A DNA stretch of 64,000 nucleotides from Candidatus Roizmanbacteria bacterium (GTDB taxonomy: Bacteria > Patescibacteriota > Microgenomatia > UBA1406), in the NCBI GenBank assembly GCA_024654535.1, contig JANLHL010000016.1, positions 160,626 through 224,625 of the forward strand. Direction: 5' to 3'. Shown one piece after another: positions 18,848 through 29,353 of this stretch. The notes under the pieces are model-generated. The model did not search any database. It had not been told where the DNA came from and saw only the letters and a list, made by a program, of their open reading frames with translations. Position 1 is the first letter of the stretch. The number at the start of each line of letters is the position of its first letter. The translations under genes and the position numbers were made by a program.

Positions 18848-19798
18848 ATGATGATGACTAATTATTGGAGTGGTAAAAAGGTGCTCATTACAGGTGGTAA
18901 TGGATTTATCGGAACTCATTTCATCAAGACACTTAATAATTTGAATGCTACAACAATTAATGTTTCACTCCACAAAATAAGACGCCCCATTGCTCATAAA
19001 AATTATTATGTAAATATAGAAAACTGCCATACGTTTGATAATATCGATGAGAAGATTGATGTTATTATCCACTGTGCAGCAATTGATGGAAATTCAGAGT
19101 TTAAAGAAAAAAATTCGGTACTTATATTCGATTCAAACACCAAGATGGTTTCTAACGTATTAAATTATGCAAAAACTAATAACATTTCCGATGTAGTCCT
19201 TATGAGTTCTGCCGAAATATATACTCCTAATACAAAAAGCCCAATATCGGAAAACGGAAATGGTAGCGTGAATTACTCTACTCAAAATGGGTATATACTT
19301 TCTAAAATAGTGACTGAAATGTATGGAGAAATTTACTCTAAGCAATGCGACATGAGAGTCTTTACCCCCAGACCAACAAACACATATGGACCAGGGGACA
19401 ACTTTGGGACAAATAACAACAGGGTAGTTCCTAGCTTTATAAAAAAAATTGACAACGGTGTTCCTCTAGAAATTTGGGGTAACTGTAAGAAATATTTTAA
19501 TTTCATATATATTACAGATCTAGTAGAGAGTATTCTAAGAATGGTCGAGACAAGAAAATATCGAACCTTGAATATAGCAAATGAAGAACCTATATCTTTA
19601 GAAAAACTTGCGCTAAATATTGGACTTATATTTGGTAAAGACGTAAAAGTGAAAATTATTCATAAGCCTGTTTTAAACTCTAATGGGCGAATACTAAATA
19701 TAGAAAAATTAAAATCTATCCTGAATACAAATCTTATATCTATGTCAGATGGATTAAAAAAAACAATAGATTGGTACAAAAATTATACGCGAATATAG
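18848..19798 (+). CDS. NAD-dependent sugar-nucleotide epimerase/dehydratase (extended SDR)
   Basis: VLITGGNGFIGTH (GxxGxxG) and catalytic YILSK (YxxxK). TGgTACAAT 18839-18847 abuts an ATGATGATG start run. Confidence 0.85.
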   Translation: MMMTNYWSGKKVLITGGNGFIGTHFIKTLNNLNATTINVSLHKIRRPIAHKNYYVNIENCHTFDNIDEKIDVIIHCAAIDGNSEFKEKNSVLIFDSNTKMVSNVLNYAKTNNISDVVLMSSAEIYTPNTKSPISENGNGSVNYSTQNGYILSKIVTEMYGEIYSKQCDMRVFTPRPTNTYGPGDNFGTNNNRVVPSFIKKIDNGVPLEIWGNCKKYFNFIYITDLVESILRMVETRKYRTLNIANEEPISLEKLALNIGLIFGKDVKVKIIHKPVLNSNGRILNIEKLKSILNTNLISMSDGLKKTIDWYKNYTRI

Positions 19799-19815
19799 AC
19801 ATTGTTTTTATTTTT

Positions 19816-19845
19816 TTGATTTGCTATTAATAATTAATATATAAT
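19816..19845 (+). promoter_or_regulatory. Promoter TTGATT-18-TATAAT, 6 nt before ATG 19852
   Basis: ttgatt 19816-19821, 18-nt spacer, tataat 19840-19845, spacer aacact, then ATG. Confidence 0.5.
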
Positions 19846-19851
19846 AACACT

Positions 19852-20961
19852 ATGAAAAAAATACCACTTTTCTTACCCTTCATGTCAAAGGAGGCAGTTA
19901 AAAATGCAAGCGCAGTTTTACAAACTCCATGGATTGGTGAAGGGCCTAAAGTTAAAGAATTTGAAAAAAAACTAGTACCTTGGGTTGGGTCAAACAATGT
20001 TTTGACAGTAAACAATGCAACGTCTGCTATCCACATAGCACTACGGTTAGCTAATGTACGAGGTGGAGAAGTAATATCTACACCAATGACTTGCACTGCG
20101 ACTAATGAACCGATCATTAATGAGGGGGGTCATATTGTATGGGCAGATATAAATCCGAATAGTGGAAGTATAGATCCTGCAGACATAGAAAAAAAGATTA
20201 CCAAAAAAACAAAAGCAATAATGATCGTACACTGGGGCGGAAACCCTTGTGATTTAACTAAAATAAATAGTATAGGTAAAAAATATGGTATTAAAATTAT
20301 TGAAGACGCAGCGCAAGCGCTCGGGTCTACCTATAAAAGCAAACCAATTGGTAGTTATTCTGACTATGTGTTTTTCAGCTTCCAGGCAATTAAAATTATT
20401 AATACAGTAGATGGAGGTGCACTAATTACAAGAAATAAAAGTGATTGGTGGAAAGGTAAAGAATTAAGGTGGTATGGAATCGACAGAGATAAAAGAAAAG
20501 TTCAAGATACATATTGGGATTATCCTATTAAAGTTGCGGGTTACAAATTCCATATGAATGATGTAACAGCAGCAATAGGATTAGGTCAGCTACCTTATTT
20601 AGATGGACTCCTTAAACAAAGACGGGAACAGGCTGCTATATATAGAAATGCAATAAATGAAAGTAAAACTTTAAAAACAGTGGAAGTCCTTTCTGAAGCA
20701 AAACCAAATTGGTGGATGTTCACGGTACTTTGTGGGTCTAAAGAAAGCAGATTGAAACTTTGGAAAAAACTTAGTGAAAATGGAATAGATAGCGGTGAAG
20801 CACACATTAGGAATGACCTGTATCCAGTCTTTAAGAACTCAAAAAGGGATAAATTAGATGGAGTTACAAAATTTAACAACGAGAAACTATGTATTCCAAT
20901 AGGTTATTGGGTAACCAAAAGTGATGTTAGAAAAATTTCTGATATTTTGGCTTCGTTTTAA
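19852..20961 (+). CDS. DegT/DnrJ/EryC1/StrS-family PLP-dependent sugar aminotransferase
   Basis: Family layout with FSFQAIKIINTVDGGAL (PLP-lysine region) and N-terminal IPLFLPFMSKEAVKNA. Confidence 0.85.
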   Translation: MKKIPLFLPFMSKEAVKNASAVLQTPWIGEGPKVKEFEKKLVPWVGSNNVLTVNNATSAIHIALRLANVRGGEVISTPMTCTATNEPIINEGGHIVWADINPNSGSIDPADIEKKITKKTKAIMIVHWGGNPCDLTKINSIGKKYGIKIIEDAAQALGSTYKSKPIGSYSDYVFFSFQAIKIINTVDGGALITRNKSDWWKGKELRWYGIDRDKRKVQDTYWDYPIKVAGYKFHMNDVTAAIGLGQLPYLDGLLKQRREQAAIYRNAINESKTLKTVEVLSEAKPNWWMFTVLCGSKESRLKLWKKLSENGIDSGEAHIRNDLYPVFKNSKRDKLDGVTKFNNEKLCIPIGYWVTKSDVRKISDILASF

Positions 20962-20970
20962 AGTCGTGAC

Positions 20971-21726
20971 ATGAAAGCTGTGTATGAAAATGGCTACGCG
21001 AAGATGAAGCGTATAAAAAACCATCCACGGCTTATGAAAACCCTAAATGTTGCGCGTGGATTATTCAAACCGAACGATAAGCTAAAAGTATTAGACATAG
21101 GATGTGGCGATGGTTTATTTGCAATAGAATTAGGGAAAGTGCTACATACAAAATCGCTTTATGGTACTGATATATCTAATAAAGCAGTTACACTGTCAAA
21201 TAAAAATAACGTTGAAACATATCTAATTGATACTGACAAAAATAAATTACCATTTAAATCTGGCTATTTTGATTTAGTATTTTGTGGAAGCGTAATTGAA
21301 ATAGTTGATAATCCCGATAAACTACTTATAGAATTAAACAGGGTAGTGAAAAAAAAAGGCTATGTCATTGTAACTTTCCCAAATCATAGTGCATGGTTAA
21401 GTAGAATTGCAGTACTTTTTGGATATCTACCTTTTTACTACAGATTATCTACTAAGTTTGAGCTTGGAAAAATGTTCGGAACAACTCAAAAGGGTAATTC
21501 ATCAGGTTTTATACGTTTATTCAATTCAAATTCGTTTAAAATACTAGCTCAAAAATATGGTTTTGAAAATATAAAAATTACCGGTTCACAAGAAAATGCA
21601 CTACCTAGATTTCTTAAACCATTAGATACGATTCTATCTAAAAGGCCATCTCTAGCTTTCCAAGTTATTGTATTAATGACAAAAAAAAATAAATCAAACT
21701 ATGAAAACACTATACAAAGCATGTAG
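20971..21726 (+). CDS. Class I SAM-dependent methyltransferase
   Basis: Motif I VLDIGCGDGLFA, plus DLVFCGSVIE. Confidence 0.8.
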   Translation: MKAVYENGYAKMKRIKNHPRLMKTLNVARGLFKPNDKLKVLDIGCGDGLFAIELGKVLHTKSLYGTDISNKAVTLSNKNNVETYLIDTDKNKLPFKSGYFDLVFCGSVIEIVDNPDKLLIELNRVVKKKGYVIVTFPNHSAWLSRIAVLFGYLPFYYRLSTKFELGKMFGTTQKGNSSGFIRLFNSNSFKILAQKYGFENIKITGSQENALPRFLKPLDTILSKRPSLAFQVIVLMTKKNKSNYENTIQSM

Positions 21727-22318
21727 TGATTACATAAAAACATACAGTAAGAATTACAATAAGAAGCGAATTCTTGACTTAGGTTGTGGTGAAGGATATT
21801 TCACTTCTCTATTTGGATTACGAAACAATGTCATTGGAATTGATTTGCAAAATATTGTTCCAAAAAAATATAAAAATTTTATATATCGTAAAGCAGACGT
21901 CACAAACTTGCCTTTTAAGTCAAGTTCCATGGATTTGGTAATTTCCTTCGACGTGATAGAGCATATTCAAAATGATAAAAAAATGCTTGATGAAGCATAT
22001 CGAGTATTAAAAAAAGGCGGCCACATCCTGTTTGGTACGCCTAATAGAAACAGATTAGCAAACACGATTCTCAAAATATTCGGAAAACCAAGATCCTATC
22101 CATGGCTTATCGGAGACGATAAAGTTCTGGGTAAAATGATACATGTCCGCGAATATGACTACAAAGAATTATCTAACATATTAAAATTAGTTGGATTTAA
22201 GAAAATAAATATAACACCATTCTGGTTTGGTTCTCCATTCTTTAAATATGGTTTTGTGAAGGTTTTTGAATTTAGTAAAAGATATTGTCAATACTATTTC
22301 TTTGAGGCAAGTAAATAA
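21701..22318 (+). CDS. Class I SAM-dependent methyltransferase
   Basis: Motif I ILDLGCGEGYFT, plus DLVISFDVIEHI and LKKGGHILF. Confidence 0.8.
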   Translation: MKTLYKACSDYIKTYSKNYNKKRILDLGCGEGYFTSLFGLRNNVIGIDLQNIVPKKYKNFIYRKADVTNLPFKSSSMDLVISFDVIEHIQNDKKMLDEAYRVLKKGGHILFGTPNRNRLANTILKIFGKPRSYPWLIGDDKVLGKMIHVREYDYKELSNILKLVGFKKINITPFWFGSPFFKYGFVKVFEFSKRYCQYYFFEASK

Positions 22319-22334
22319 ATACAACGTAAATGAA

Positions 22335-23381
22335 ATGATTATCATAGCTTCACATGTATTTTCTCCTGGTACTTCACAAGCGCTATATGGTTACTGTAAG
22401 CATAACAATATTGATGTACAATTTATTGGTCATCGACTCTTCGGAAATTATTTTTCATGGAGTTTTGGATTTATAGATACAATATACAGAGTGCTTAAAA
22501 ATAAAAGGAGTGCAGATATATTCGTTGGCTTTAACAATCTAAATGCACTTGCAGGAATTATCTTACAAAAGACTGGAAAGGTAAAAAAAACTGTCTACCA
22601 TACAGTTGACTATAGCCCTAGGCGTTTCAATAACAAGCTACTAAATAAATTCTATCATTGGTTAGATCATTTTTGTGTAAAAAATTGTGATATCGTTTGG
22701 AATTCATCATCCATAATGAAAGTTGACCCTATAATGAAAGCTCGAGAAAAAGCAGGTTACAACATATGTTTAAGAAAAAAACAAATTCAAGTGCCCGACG
22801 GTTGCGACAAATTTCCAGTGATTCCATTTAGCAAAATAAATAGAAATCTAGTTGGTTATGTAGGTCACATTAAGGAAGACATGGGAGTAAACCTGATGAT
22901 TGATGGATTTATTGAAGTACTCAAGAACTTCCCAAATGCTGAATTATTAATAATAGGCAGTGGCCCTTTAGAAAAGGTACTAATGAAAAAGGCAGAAAAA
23001 TTTAAAAATATTAAATTCATTGGATATGTAGGAGAAATAGAAACCGTATATGAAAAACTCTCAACCTGCGCATTTGCTGTAGCACCATACAAACACGGTG
23101 GTATTTCTCAATATAGCGATCCTGGAAAAGTTAAAAACTACCTCTCAGTAGGTCTACCAATTATAATTACCGACGAACCTATAATAGCACGTGAAATCGA
23201 AAAGGAAAGATGTGGTTTGGTTATAAAGGACAATAAAAAGCAATTTGTTCAAGCAGTTACGAAACTCCTGAAAAATAAAAAACTTTTGGTAAATTTACGC
23301 AATAACACCAAAACTTTAAGGAAAAAATACAGTTGGGATACTATCTTCGACAAAGCTCTTCGAATTACAAACAAAGTATGA
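22335..23381 (+). CDS. GT4-family (GT-B) glycosyltransferase
   Basis: C-terminal half shows the GT4 layout (LVGYVGHIKEDMGVNLMIDGF..., PYKHGGISQYSDPGKVKNYLSVGLPII). ATG 22335 is preferred over track start 22266, which overlaps the upstream gene. Confidence 0.7.
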   Translation: MIIIASHVFSPGTSQALYGYCKHNNIDVQFIGHRLFGNYFSWSFGFIDTIYRVLKNKRSADIFVGFNNLNALAGIILQKTGKVKKTVYHTVDYSPRRFNNKLLNKFYHWLDHFCVKNCDIVWNSSSIMKVDPIMKAREKAGYNICLRKKQIQVPDGCDKFPVIPFSKINRNLVGYVGHIKEDMGVNLMIDGFIEVLKNFPNAELLIIGSGPLEKVLMKKAEKFKNIKFIGYVGEIETVYEKLSTCAFAVAPYKHGGISQYSDPGKVKNYLSVGLPIIITDEPIIAREIEKERCGLVIKDNKKQFVQAVTKLLKNKKLLVNLRNNTKTLRKKYSWDTIFDKALRITNKV

Positions 23382-24559
23382 AAATATTATATATAGCTTG
23401 TGGCAGTGGAAGCGATCCTACAATGGGAGGAAGCTTACTTAGAACCGTGGAAGTTGCTAAAAAAATGAGCATAAAAGGCAATATTCTACTTCTAACAACA
23501 TCAGGAGGTAAGAAGGCAGCAAAAAAATATATACAGCCTGAATCATTTATTGAAATAAAAACAAATGTTAGCAAGTCCGATGGGGAAAAATTCCATTTAT
23601 TAAAGCTATTTGTAAGTTATCTACTTCTGTTTATTAAGATCCCAAATGCTATTAGCAAAATACCACACGTTGATATTGTTTATCTAGACAGCGATGGTAT
23701 TTGGGATATTATTCCAGGATTATTGTATAAGTTGCGGAACAAGAACGTAAAAATTATTTCAATGAATCACCACATAATATCTATAAGAAAAGACAATCTA
23801 GCAGGATATTATTCTTCAATCATAAATGTCATTCTTCAAAAAATAGGTCAATATCTAATTGCAAAAATTGCTGACGGAATATTCATACTTGATACTGATA
23901 TGGGGGGGGAAATAAGTAGACTATATATAAAAATAGGGTACAGAGGTACTTTTTACAAAGTAAGAAATGGAATAGATTTCAAGTGCATCGAAAACATTCC
24001 AAAACAATCAATAAAATATGATGCTTGTTTTTTTGGATATTTAAGACCAAGTAAAGGCTTACATCAGATAGTTCCAATTTGGAAGAAAGTTGTTGCATTT
24101 AGCCCGCATGCAAAACTAGTAATCATTGGGGGAATGATGGAAAGCTACAAAAGAATACTACTTGAAGAAATCAAGAAGGAGAGTTTAACAGAGAATATTA
24201 TTCTTACCAATTATTTGATAAACAAAAATGATGCAATTAAACTTGTTAAGTCATCTAAAATATGTATAAGTCCTAGTCAAGAAGAGGGGTGGGGAATAGC
24301 AATAATTGAATGTATGGCAGCTCAGCTGCCTTGTGTAGTATGGGATTTAAGTACTTTCAGTAGAATTCTAAACAAAGGGGTAATTAAAATTAAGAAATAC
24401 GACAAAACAGCATTTTCAGATGAAATATTGCATCTCATAAAAAATGATGCAGAGAGAATAAGATTTGGAAAGGAAGCAAAGATAAGTGTGGAAAAATATG
24501 ATTGGGCTAATATAGCAATGCAAGACTTTAAATACTATAATGAGGTTATATTATTATGA
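23378..24559 (+). CDS. GT4-family glycosyltransferase
   Basis: MKILYIACGSG... and C-terminal SPSQEEGWGIAIIECMAAQLPCV (E-x7-E-like GT4 motif). ATGA overlap with the previous stop. Track start 23333 is an upstream extension. Confidence 0.75.
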   Translation: MKILYIACGSGSDPTMGGSLLRTVEVAKKMSIKGNILLLTTSGGKKAAKKYIQPESFIEIKTNVSKSDGEKFHLLKLFVSYLLLFIKIPNAISKIPHVDIVYLDSDGIWDIIPGLLYKLRNKNVKIISMNHHIISIRKDNLAGYYSSIINVILQKIGQYLIAKIADGIFILDTDMGGEISRLYIKIGYRGTFYKVRNGIDFKCIENIPKQSIKYDACFFGYLRPSKGLHQIVPIWKKVVAFSPHAKLVIIGGMMESYKRILLEEIKKESLTENIILTNYLINKNDAIKLVKSSKICISPSQEEGWGIAIIECMAAQLPCVVWDLSTFSRILNKGVIKIKKYDKTAFSDEILHLIKNDAERIRFGKEAKISVEKYDWANIAMQDFKYYNEVILL

Positions 24560-25608
24560 AAGCATGTTACTTTTTCTCTAACTACTATTTATCATATATT
24601 ACTGGTCAAGCAGGTTTGATGAATAAAGTAGCACAAGAAACCGCAAAAAATTCAATCGATACTTACGTTATCTCAAACGGTTTGGAAAAAAAGGAATTCA
24701 TGAATAACAATGTGCACTATGTTATTCATGAGGGTAAAGGAAATATAATTACATACATCAGAAATTTATTTCCAATCGTTTTTCAACTATCTCATATTAA
24801 GCCAGACATAATTAATACACACGGCGTTCTATATACACTATATATTTGGTTTATAAATAGACTTTATAATTATACTCACTATGTTACTATTTCAGAATCC
24901 CTAGATCAGTTTGGATCTTTCACTAGTCGTATATTTACTTACTGCATACATAGAACGAAACATATATTTGTTACTAGTAATTTTATAAAAAATCAATTAA
25001 TTAATAATGGGGTTTCAAGTGATAAAATAACAATCATAAAAATTGGCTTAGATAAAAAATTTACCATATTTAAAAGCAAAGACGAAAGAAACTACATACT
25101 GTATTTCGGCGATGCAAACAAGGAGAGAGGTTTTGATAAGATTGTACAACTCTCCAAAATAATGCCAAATATGAAATTTTTGATATTACTCCGAAAGTAT
25201 GAAAAAAATAACATTCTTATAAAATCGACTATAGAATCTCAGAACATTACGACTCTATATTATCCATATAGAAAGAGCTTAATTTCTATGATAAGCCAAG
25301 CCAAACTTATACTACTTCCGTTCCAATGGATGAGTGTAAGACCCCCAATTTCAATTATAGAAAGTATGGCACTTGGCAAGTGTACGTTAACTTCAAATAT
25401 GAAAGGAAACGATGAAATAGTAAGTAATGGTGAAAATGGATATTTGTGTGATTTCAACAAAATTGAATCTGTTGTAAATCTTATTAATAATTTACATAAA
25501 AATAATCATCTTAGACTTAAAATAGGCAAGAGGGCAAAGAAAGATATACTTAAAATATACTCCAACACAGAGTATTCTAAAATCTTAAAAATATATAGTT
25601 CGATTTAA
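24556..25608 (+). CDS. GT4-like glycosyltransferase
   Basis: GT-B layout with ILYFGDANKERGFDKIV and SVRPPISIIESMALGKCTLTSN. ATGA overlap. Confidence 0.65.
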   Translation: MKACYFFSNYYLSYITGQAGLMNKVAQETAKNSIDTYVISNGLEKKEFMNNNVHYVIHEGKGNIITYIRNLFPIVFQLSHIKPDIINTHGVLYTLYIWFINRLYNYTHYVTISESLDQFGSFTSRIFTYCIHRTKHIFVTSNFIKNQLINNGVSSDKITIIKIGLDKKFTIFKSKDERNYILYFGDANKERGFDKIVQLSKIMPNMKFLILLRKYEKNNILIKSTIESQNITTLYYPYRKSLISMISQAKLILLPFQWMSVRPPISIIESMALGKCTLTSNMKGNDEIVSNGENGYLCDFNKIESVVNLINNLHKNNHLRLKIGKRAKKDILKIYSNTEYSKILKIYSSI

Positions 25609-25612
25609 TTCC

Positions 25613-26440
25613 ATGTTAAAGCTATCAACTGCAGATTCAGAAATAAATGAGGCATGTAATAAAATATATAATAAAAATATCGTAGCGTCACTGTTACGTA
25701 ATAATCCAAAAAAAACGTATATTGAACGTTTCGTAGAAGAAAATAGACTTGAATGTCTATTACCAACTCTGACTAATCCTCTTTACAAAAATGAATGTAG
25801 TAAATATATGAAAAACTTGATGAATGTTTTGGAAGTATTCAAAAAAATGGTAGGCAAAAAAAAATTTATAATAATAAAAACGCTTTCTTCATATCCACAT
25901 ATTACTAGTGATATTGATATTGTAATGGAAGAGAGAGAAGATGTTCTTGAAATATCAAAAAAAATTTCTTTTCTCAAACTACCTATTGAAGTTGATATTA
26001 ATTCTGTAATATCCTGGACTCCGAGCCAAGAAATTAGTAAAAGATTTATATGGAATAACATTCAATATCATTATCTCGATGGAGAAAAGTACCTAGTTCC
26101 GAATCCTAATCTCGACACACTTATTCGTATTGGACATGTACCTTTTGAGCTAGCAGAAATTAGATTGGGCGAGCTGCTACATATATTTTCACAGATGTCA
26201 AAAATAGATATGTCAGCGTTGAAAGTTGAGGCGAAGAAAATGGGTTGGATAAACACCTTTAATAATATGGTCTTTATAATCAATTCTCTTTATAAAAGTC
26301 TCTACTCTGAAACAGGTAGATATATCTCGTTTCCTTACAAATTATCGTACCTGACACTTTTTAAAGCAATGGTAGAAAAAAAAGCTTGGTATAAAATATG
26401 GGGTGCTCGTTATATTATTAGAGACAGACTAGGTATATGA
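25613..26440 (+). CDS. Hypothetical protein, nucleotidyltransferase-like (NTP_transf_5-type pattern)
   Basis: SSYPHITSDIDIVMEEREDV resembles the [GS]-x-D-[IL]-D-[LIV] nucleotidyltransferase motif of the uncharacterised NTP_transf_5 family. Weak call. Confidence 0.4.
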   Translation: MLKLSTADSEINEACNKIYNKNIVASLLRNNPKKTYIERFVEENRLECLLPTLTNPLYKNECSKYMKNLMNVLEVFKKMVGKKKFIIIKTLSSYPHITSDIDIVMEEREDVLEISKKISFLKLPIEVDINSVISWTPSQEISKRFIWNNIQYHYLDGEKYLVPNPNLDTLIRIGHVPFELAEIRLGELLHIFSQMSKIDMSALKVEAKKMGWINTFNNMVFIINSLYKSLYSETGRYISFPYKLSYLTLFKAMVEKKAWYKIWGARYIIRDRLGI

Positions 26441-27012
26441 GTACAAAAGAAAATTTCTTGATAGTCTTATGCGGGATGGATGGAACTGGAAAAAGTACTC
26501 TTGCAAAAAAACTGGCTGAGTACTATGAAAATAGAAAATTCGCTGTCCATATTAAACATGCGCACACATATACCATTTCACCAAACAGCTTCGCAGTAAA
26601 CGACTCAAACATAGATAAATACAAATGGTTTTTTTCCTTACTTGTTCCTTTTGCATATTTTGACAATCTATTCACCTATTGGTATAAATATAGGAAAGAA
26701 TTTGTAGATAAAATATTGATTTGCGACCGATACTTTTATGATAAGGTTGCGCACCTGATATACTACGGAATTTGTAGCAAACCACTAGCCAAAATTTACC
26801 TTCGCTTACTACCCAAACCGAAATATGCTCTATTCCTAGATGCACCTCCAGAAAAAGCAAAGAATAGAAAAAAGGAACATAGTCTGAAAGAACTAACAAG
26901 GTATAGAGAAATTTATAGTTATATTGCTAGCACGATTAATGCGCCCATTATTAAAACTGATGTTTCCATTCAGAATTCATTTGAAGAAATTCTTTCATAT
27001 GTTTCTCGATAG
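26437..27012 (+). CDS. Thymidylate-kinase-like P-loop NMP kinase
   Basis: LIVLCGMDGTGKSTLAKKL (Walker A in Tmk context), CDRYFYD, FLDAPPEKAKNRKKE. ATGA overlap with the upstream gene. Confidence 0.55.
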   Translation: MSTKENFLIVLCGMDGTGKSTLAKKLAEYYENRKFAVHIKHAHTYTISPNSFAVNDSNIDKYKWFFSLLVPFAYFDNLFTYWYKYRKEFVDKILICDRYFYDKVAHLIYYGICSKPLAKIYLRLLPKPKYALFLDAPPEKAKNRKKEHSLKELTRYREIYSYIASTINAPIIKTDVSIQNSFEEILSYVSR

Positions 27013-29353
27013 ACTAAAAAAAAATAAGTCTACCGCTATATATATAGCGGTATTGTTTTTTATGTCACTATTTATTACCTTAATCAACCTAGGATTTAAA
27101 AAGGATTTCATAGGTGAGGATTCTGGTTTAATTTATTTTTTTCATAATGGTCTGTCAAAGTATGCATACTACACATGGGATAATATGTGGGCCCCTGGCA
27201 AGATTTCAATCACAACTTTGTTTGGATTCATTTGGACAAATATTTTACTTTGCTTACAGAGAATTGGATTAAGTTACTTTTTTATACAACGAATCCTTTT
27301 CTTTTCTTTTCTCTTCGTATCTTCCACTGGCATGTTTTATTTATTTAAGACATTAATACCGTTACATGGAAAAGTAAAAAATAGAGAAAGCCTCTATTTT
27401 GGTGCTTTTTGCTCAAGTTTACTTTACTTATTAAACCATTATGTTGGGTATATGATAGGTTTTCCCATTATTCCTTTTCATATAACGTATATGATACTAC
27501 CTTGGTTACTACTGTATTTCATTAAAAATCTATATATAAAATCGAGTTTTACAGACACCCTTATATTTTCACTCCTTGTATTATTATTTATAGGTGGCAA
27601 TCCTGCATCTACCCTGCTTTCGGCAATAATGTTAGCTGGATATTTTATATGCTTTTTTCGTGATTTCATAAAATCAACTGCACAGAAATATAAATTCATT
27701 ATTATCTCCGCTAGCTTGGTATTATTGCTGTCACTTTTTTTAACGTTACCTATTATTATGATGGGGTCAAATCCATACGGAGGGGATACCTCACTGCTTG
27801 GAAATTACGTACAATCTTTCGAGTTTAACAGTATGCATACTTCCTTACTCAACTTGTTCATCTTGGGCGGTACTGTTGGATGGCCTAATTCCACGTTCTA
27901 CACACTATATACTGCCAATCCCGTATACATTTTCTTGGGTTACATATTAACGTTAATAATATTCACCACTCTTATAAGCAAAAAGGATATGAAACTCAAA
28001 CTATTCTTCTTGATTATTATAGTAATTTCATTCTTTTTCGCAAAAGGATTACACGAGCCTCTTTCTGGAATTAATGCCTTCTTGTACGACAAGATAGCAC
28101 TTCTTAGAATTTATCGGGCAGTGTATAACAAATTTATGTTTCTTTCGGCATTTTCTTATTCGATACTTATAGGTATTTCTGGTTTTTATGTACATAGAAT
28201 ATTTTCACAACGTACAGGAAAAGGGAAGCACATAGTGCTTTTTCTTCCGATTATTATTGTCTTATATGGGCTACCGTTTTTTTTAGGCGGTATTATTCCA
28301 AACCTATTTTTAACTGAGCTTCCAAAAGAATATAAAAATCTCACGTCTCAAATTAGTGATAATTCTGATTATAAAATACTCAGTATACCTCCTACTCCTA
28401 ATGGAGGAGGTCCACTTCTTAACTGGAAAAACGGAAATAAATACATTGGCCCTCAAATGGAAAGTTTTGTTTTAGGTAAGCCTGTTTTAGATTCATATTT
28501 TTTTATCAAAGAAGGTTTAAATGGCTTAGGCCCCAGCGACTCATGGACAACAAAAAAATTTATAAAAAGCTTTCCAAAAGTCCTTGAATACTCAAATATA
28601 TTTAACATAAAATACGTATTTCTACATAAAGACTACTTGACAAGCTACAAATTCAACAAATCCGGAGACGCTTTAAAAATAGGCTCAAAGAATGATTATA
28701 AATCATATACCAGGATTCTAGAAGATAAGTATGGGTATGCAAAAGTTATATCTACAGAATTTTATGAACTATATAAAGTTCCAAACTTAAACTACTTAGA
28801 TCATTTTTACATTCCTGAAAAAATTATATATTCAAAGGACCAAAAAAAGACATTATATAGTTTTAGGCAAAAAGAGAAAATAAATAGCTACGCGATAATT
28901 TCAAAAAATAAGTACATAGATAAAAAGACATCGTATTCTCCTGCCAGTTTATCTATAAACAAAATAAATCAAACGAAGTATATACTTAAAATAAAAAACG
29001 CAAAATCAAAACACTTAATTGTATTTTCGGAAAGCTACGACGTAAACTGGAAATTATATATACTGAATAAAGACAGTACGGATAATAGCTTCTTTAGTAT
29101 ATTTAGACAATCCGTAGATGAGTCAAGACATATACTTGCAAATGGATATGCAAATGCTTGGATTATTGATACGGATAATATATGTAACAATATAACTAAG
29201 TGTACTAAAAACAAGAATGGGAATTATGATTTCACTACGGTTGTTGAATTCGCTCCACAAAAGTATTTTCATTTAGGCTTACAGATAGGTTTGATGGCAT
29301 TTATCTTAACTTCCAGTTATCTTTTCTATCTGAAGTTAGTTAAAAAAACATGA
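26999..29353 (+). CDS. Large polytopic membrane protein, GT-C-like (AftD/DUF3367- or YfhO-like)
   Basis: About 785 aa with many TM helices in the first 450 aa, then a soluble C-terminal domain (SESYDVNWKLY...ANGYANAWIID) and a terminal TM helix. ATG 26999 preferred over track start 26924. Confidence 0.5.
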   Translation: MFLDRLKKNKSTAIYIAVLFFMSLFITLINLGFKKDFIGEDSGLIYFFHNGLSKYAYYTWDNMWAPGKISITTLFGFIWTNILLCLQRIGLSYFFIQRILFFSFLFVSSTGMFYLFKTLIPLHGKVKNRESLYFGAFCSSLLYLLNHYVGYMIGFPIIPFHITYMILPWLLLYFIKNLYIKSSFTDTLIFSLLVLLFIGGNPASTLLSAIMLAGYFICFFRDFIKSTAQKYKFIIISASLVLLLSLFLTLPIIMMGSNPYGGDTSLLGNYVQSFEFNSMHTSLLNLFILGGTVGWPNSTFYTLYTANPVYIFLGYILTLIIFTTLISKKDMKLKLFFLIIIVISFFFAKGLHEPLSGINAFLYDKIALLRIYRAVYNKFMFLSAFSYSILIGISGFYVHRIFSQRTGKGKHIVLFLPIIIVLYGLPFFLGGIIPNLFLTELPKEYKNLTSQISDNSDYKILSIPPTPNGGGPLLNWKNGNKYIGPQMESFVLGKPVLDSYFFIKEGLNGLGPSDSWTTKKFIKSFPKVLEYSNIFNIKYVFLHKDYLTSYKFNKSGDALKIGSKNDYKSYTRILEDKYGYAKVISTEFYELYKVPNLNYLDHFYIPEKIIYSKDQKKTLYSFRQKEKINSYAIISKNKYIDKKTSYSPASLSINKINQTKYILKIKNAKSKHLIVFSESYDVNWKLYILNKDSTDNSFFSIFRQSVDESRHILANGYANAWIIDTDNICNNITKCTKNKNGNYDFTTVVEFAPQKYFHLGLQIGLMAFILTSSYLFYLKLVKKT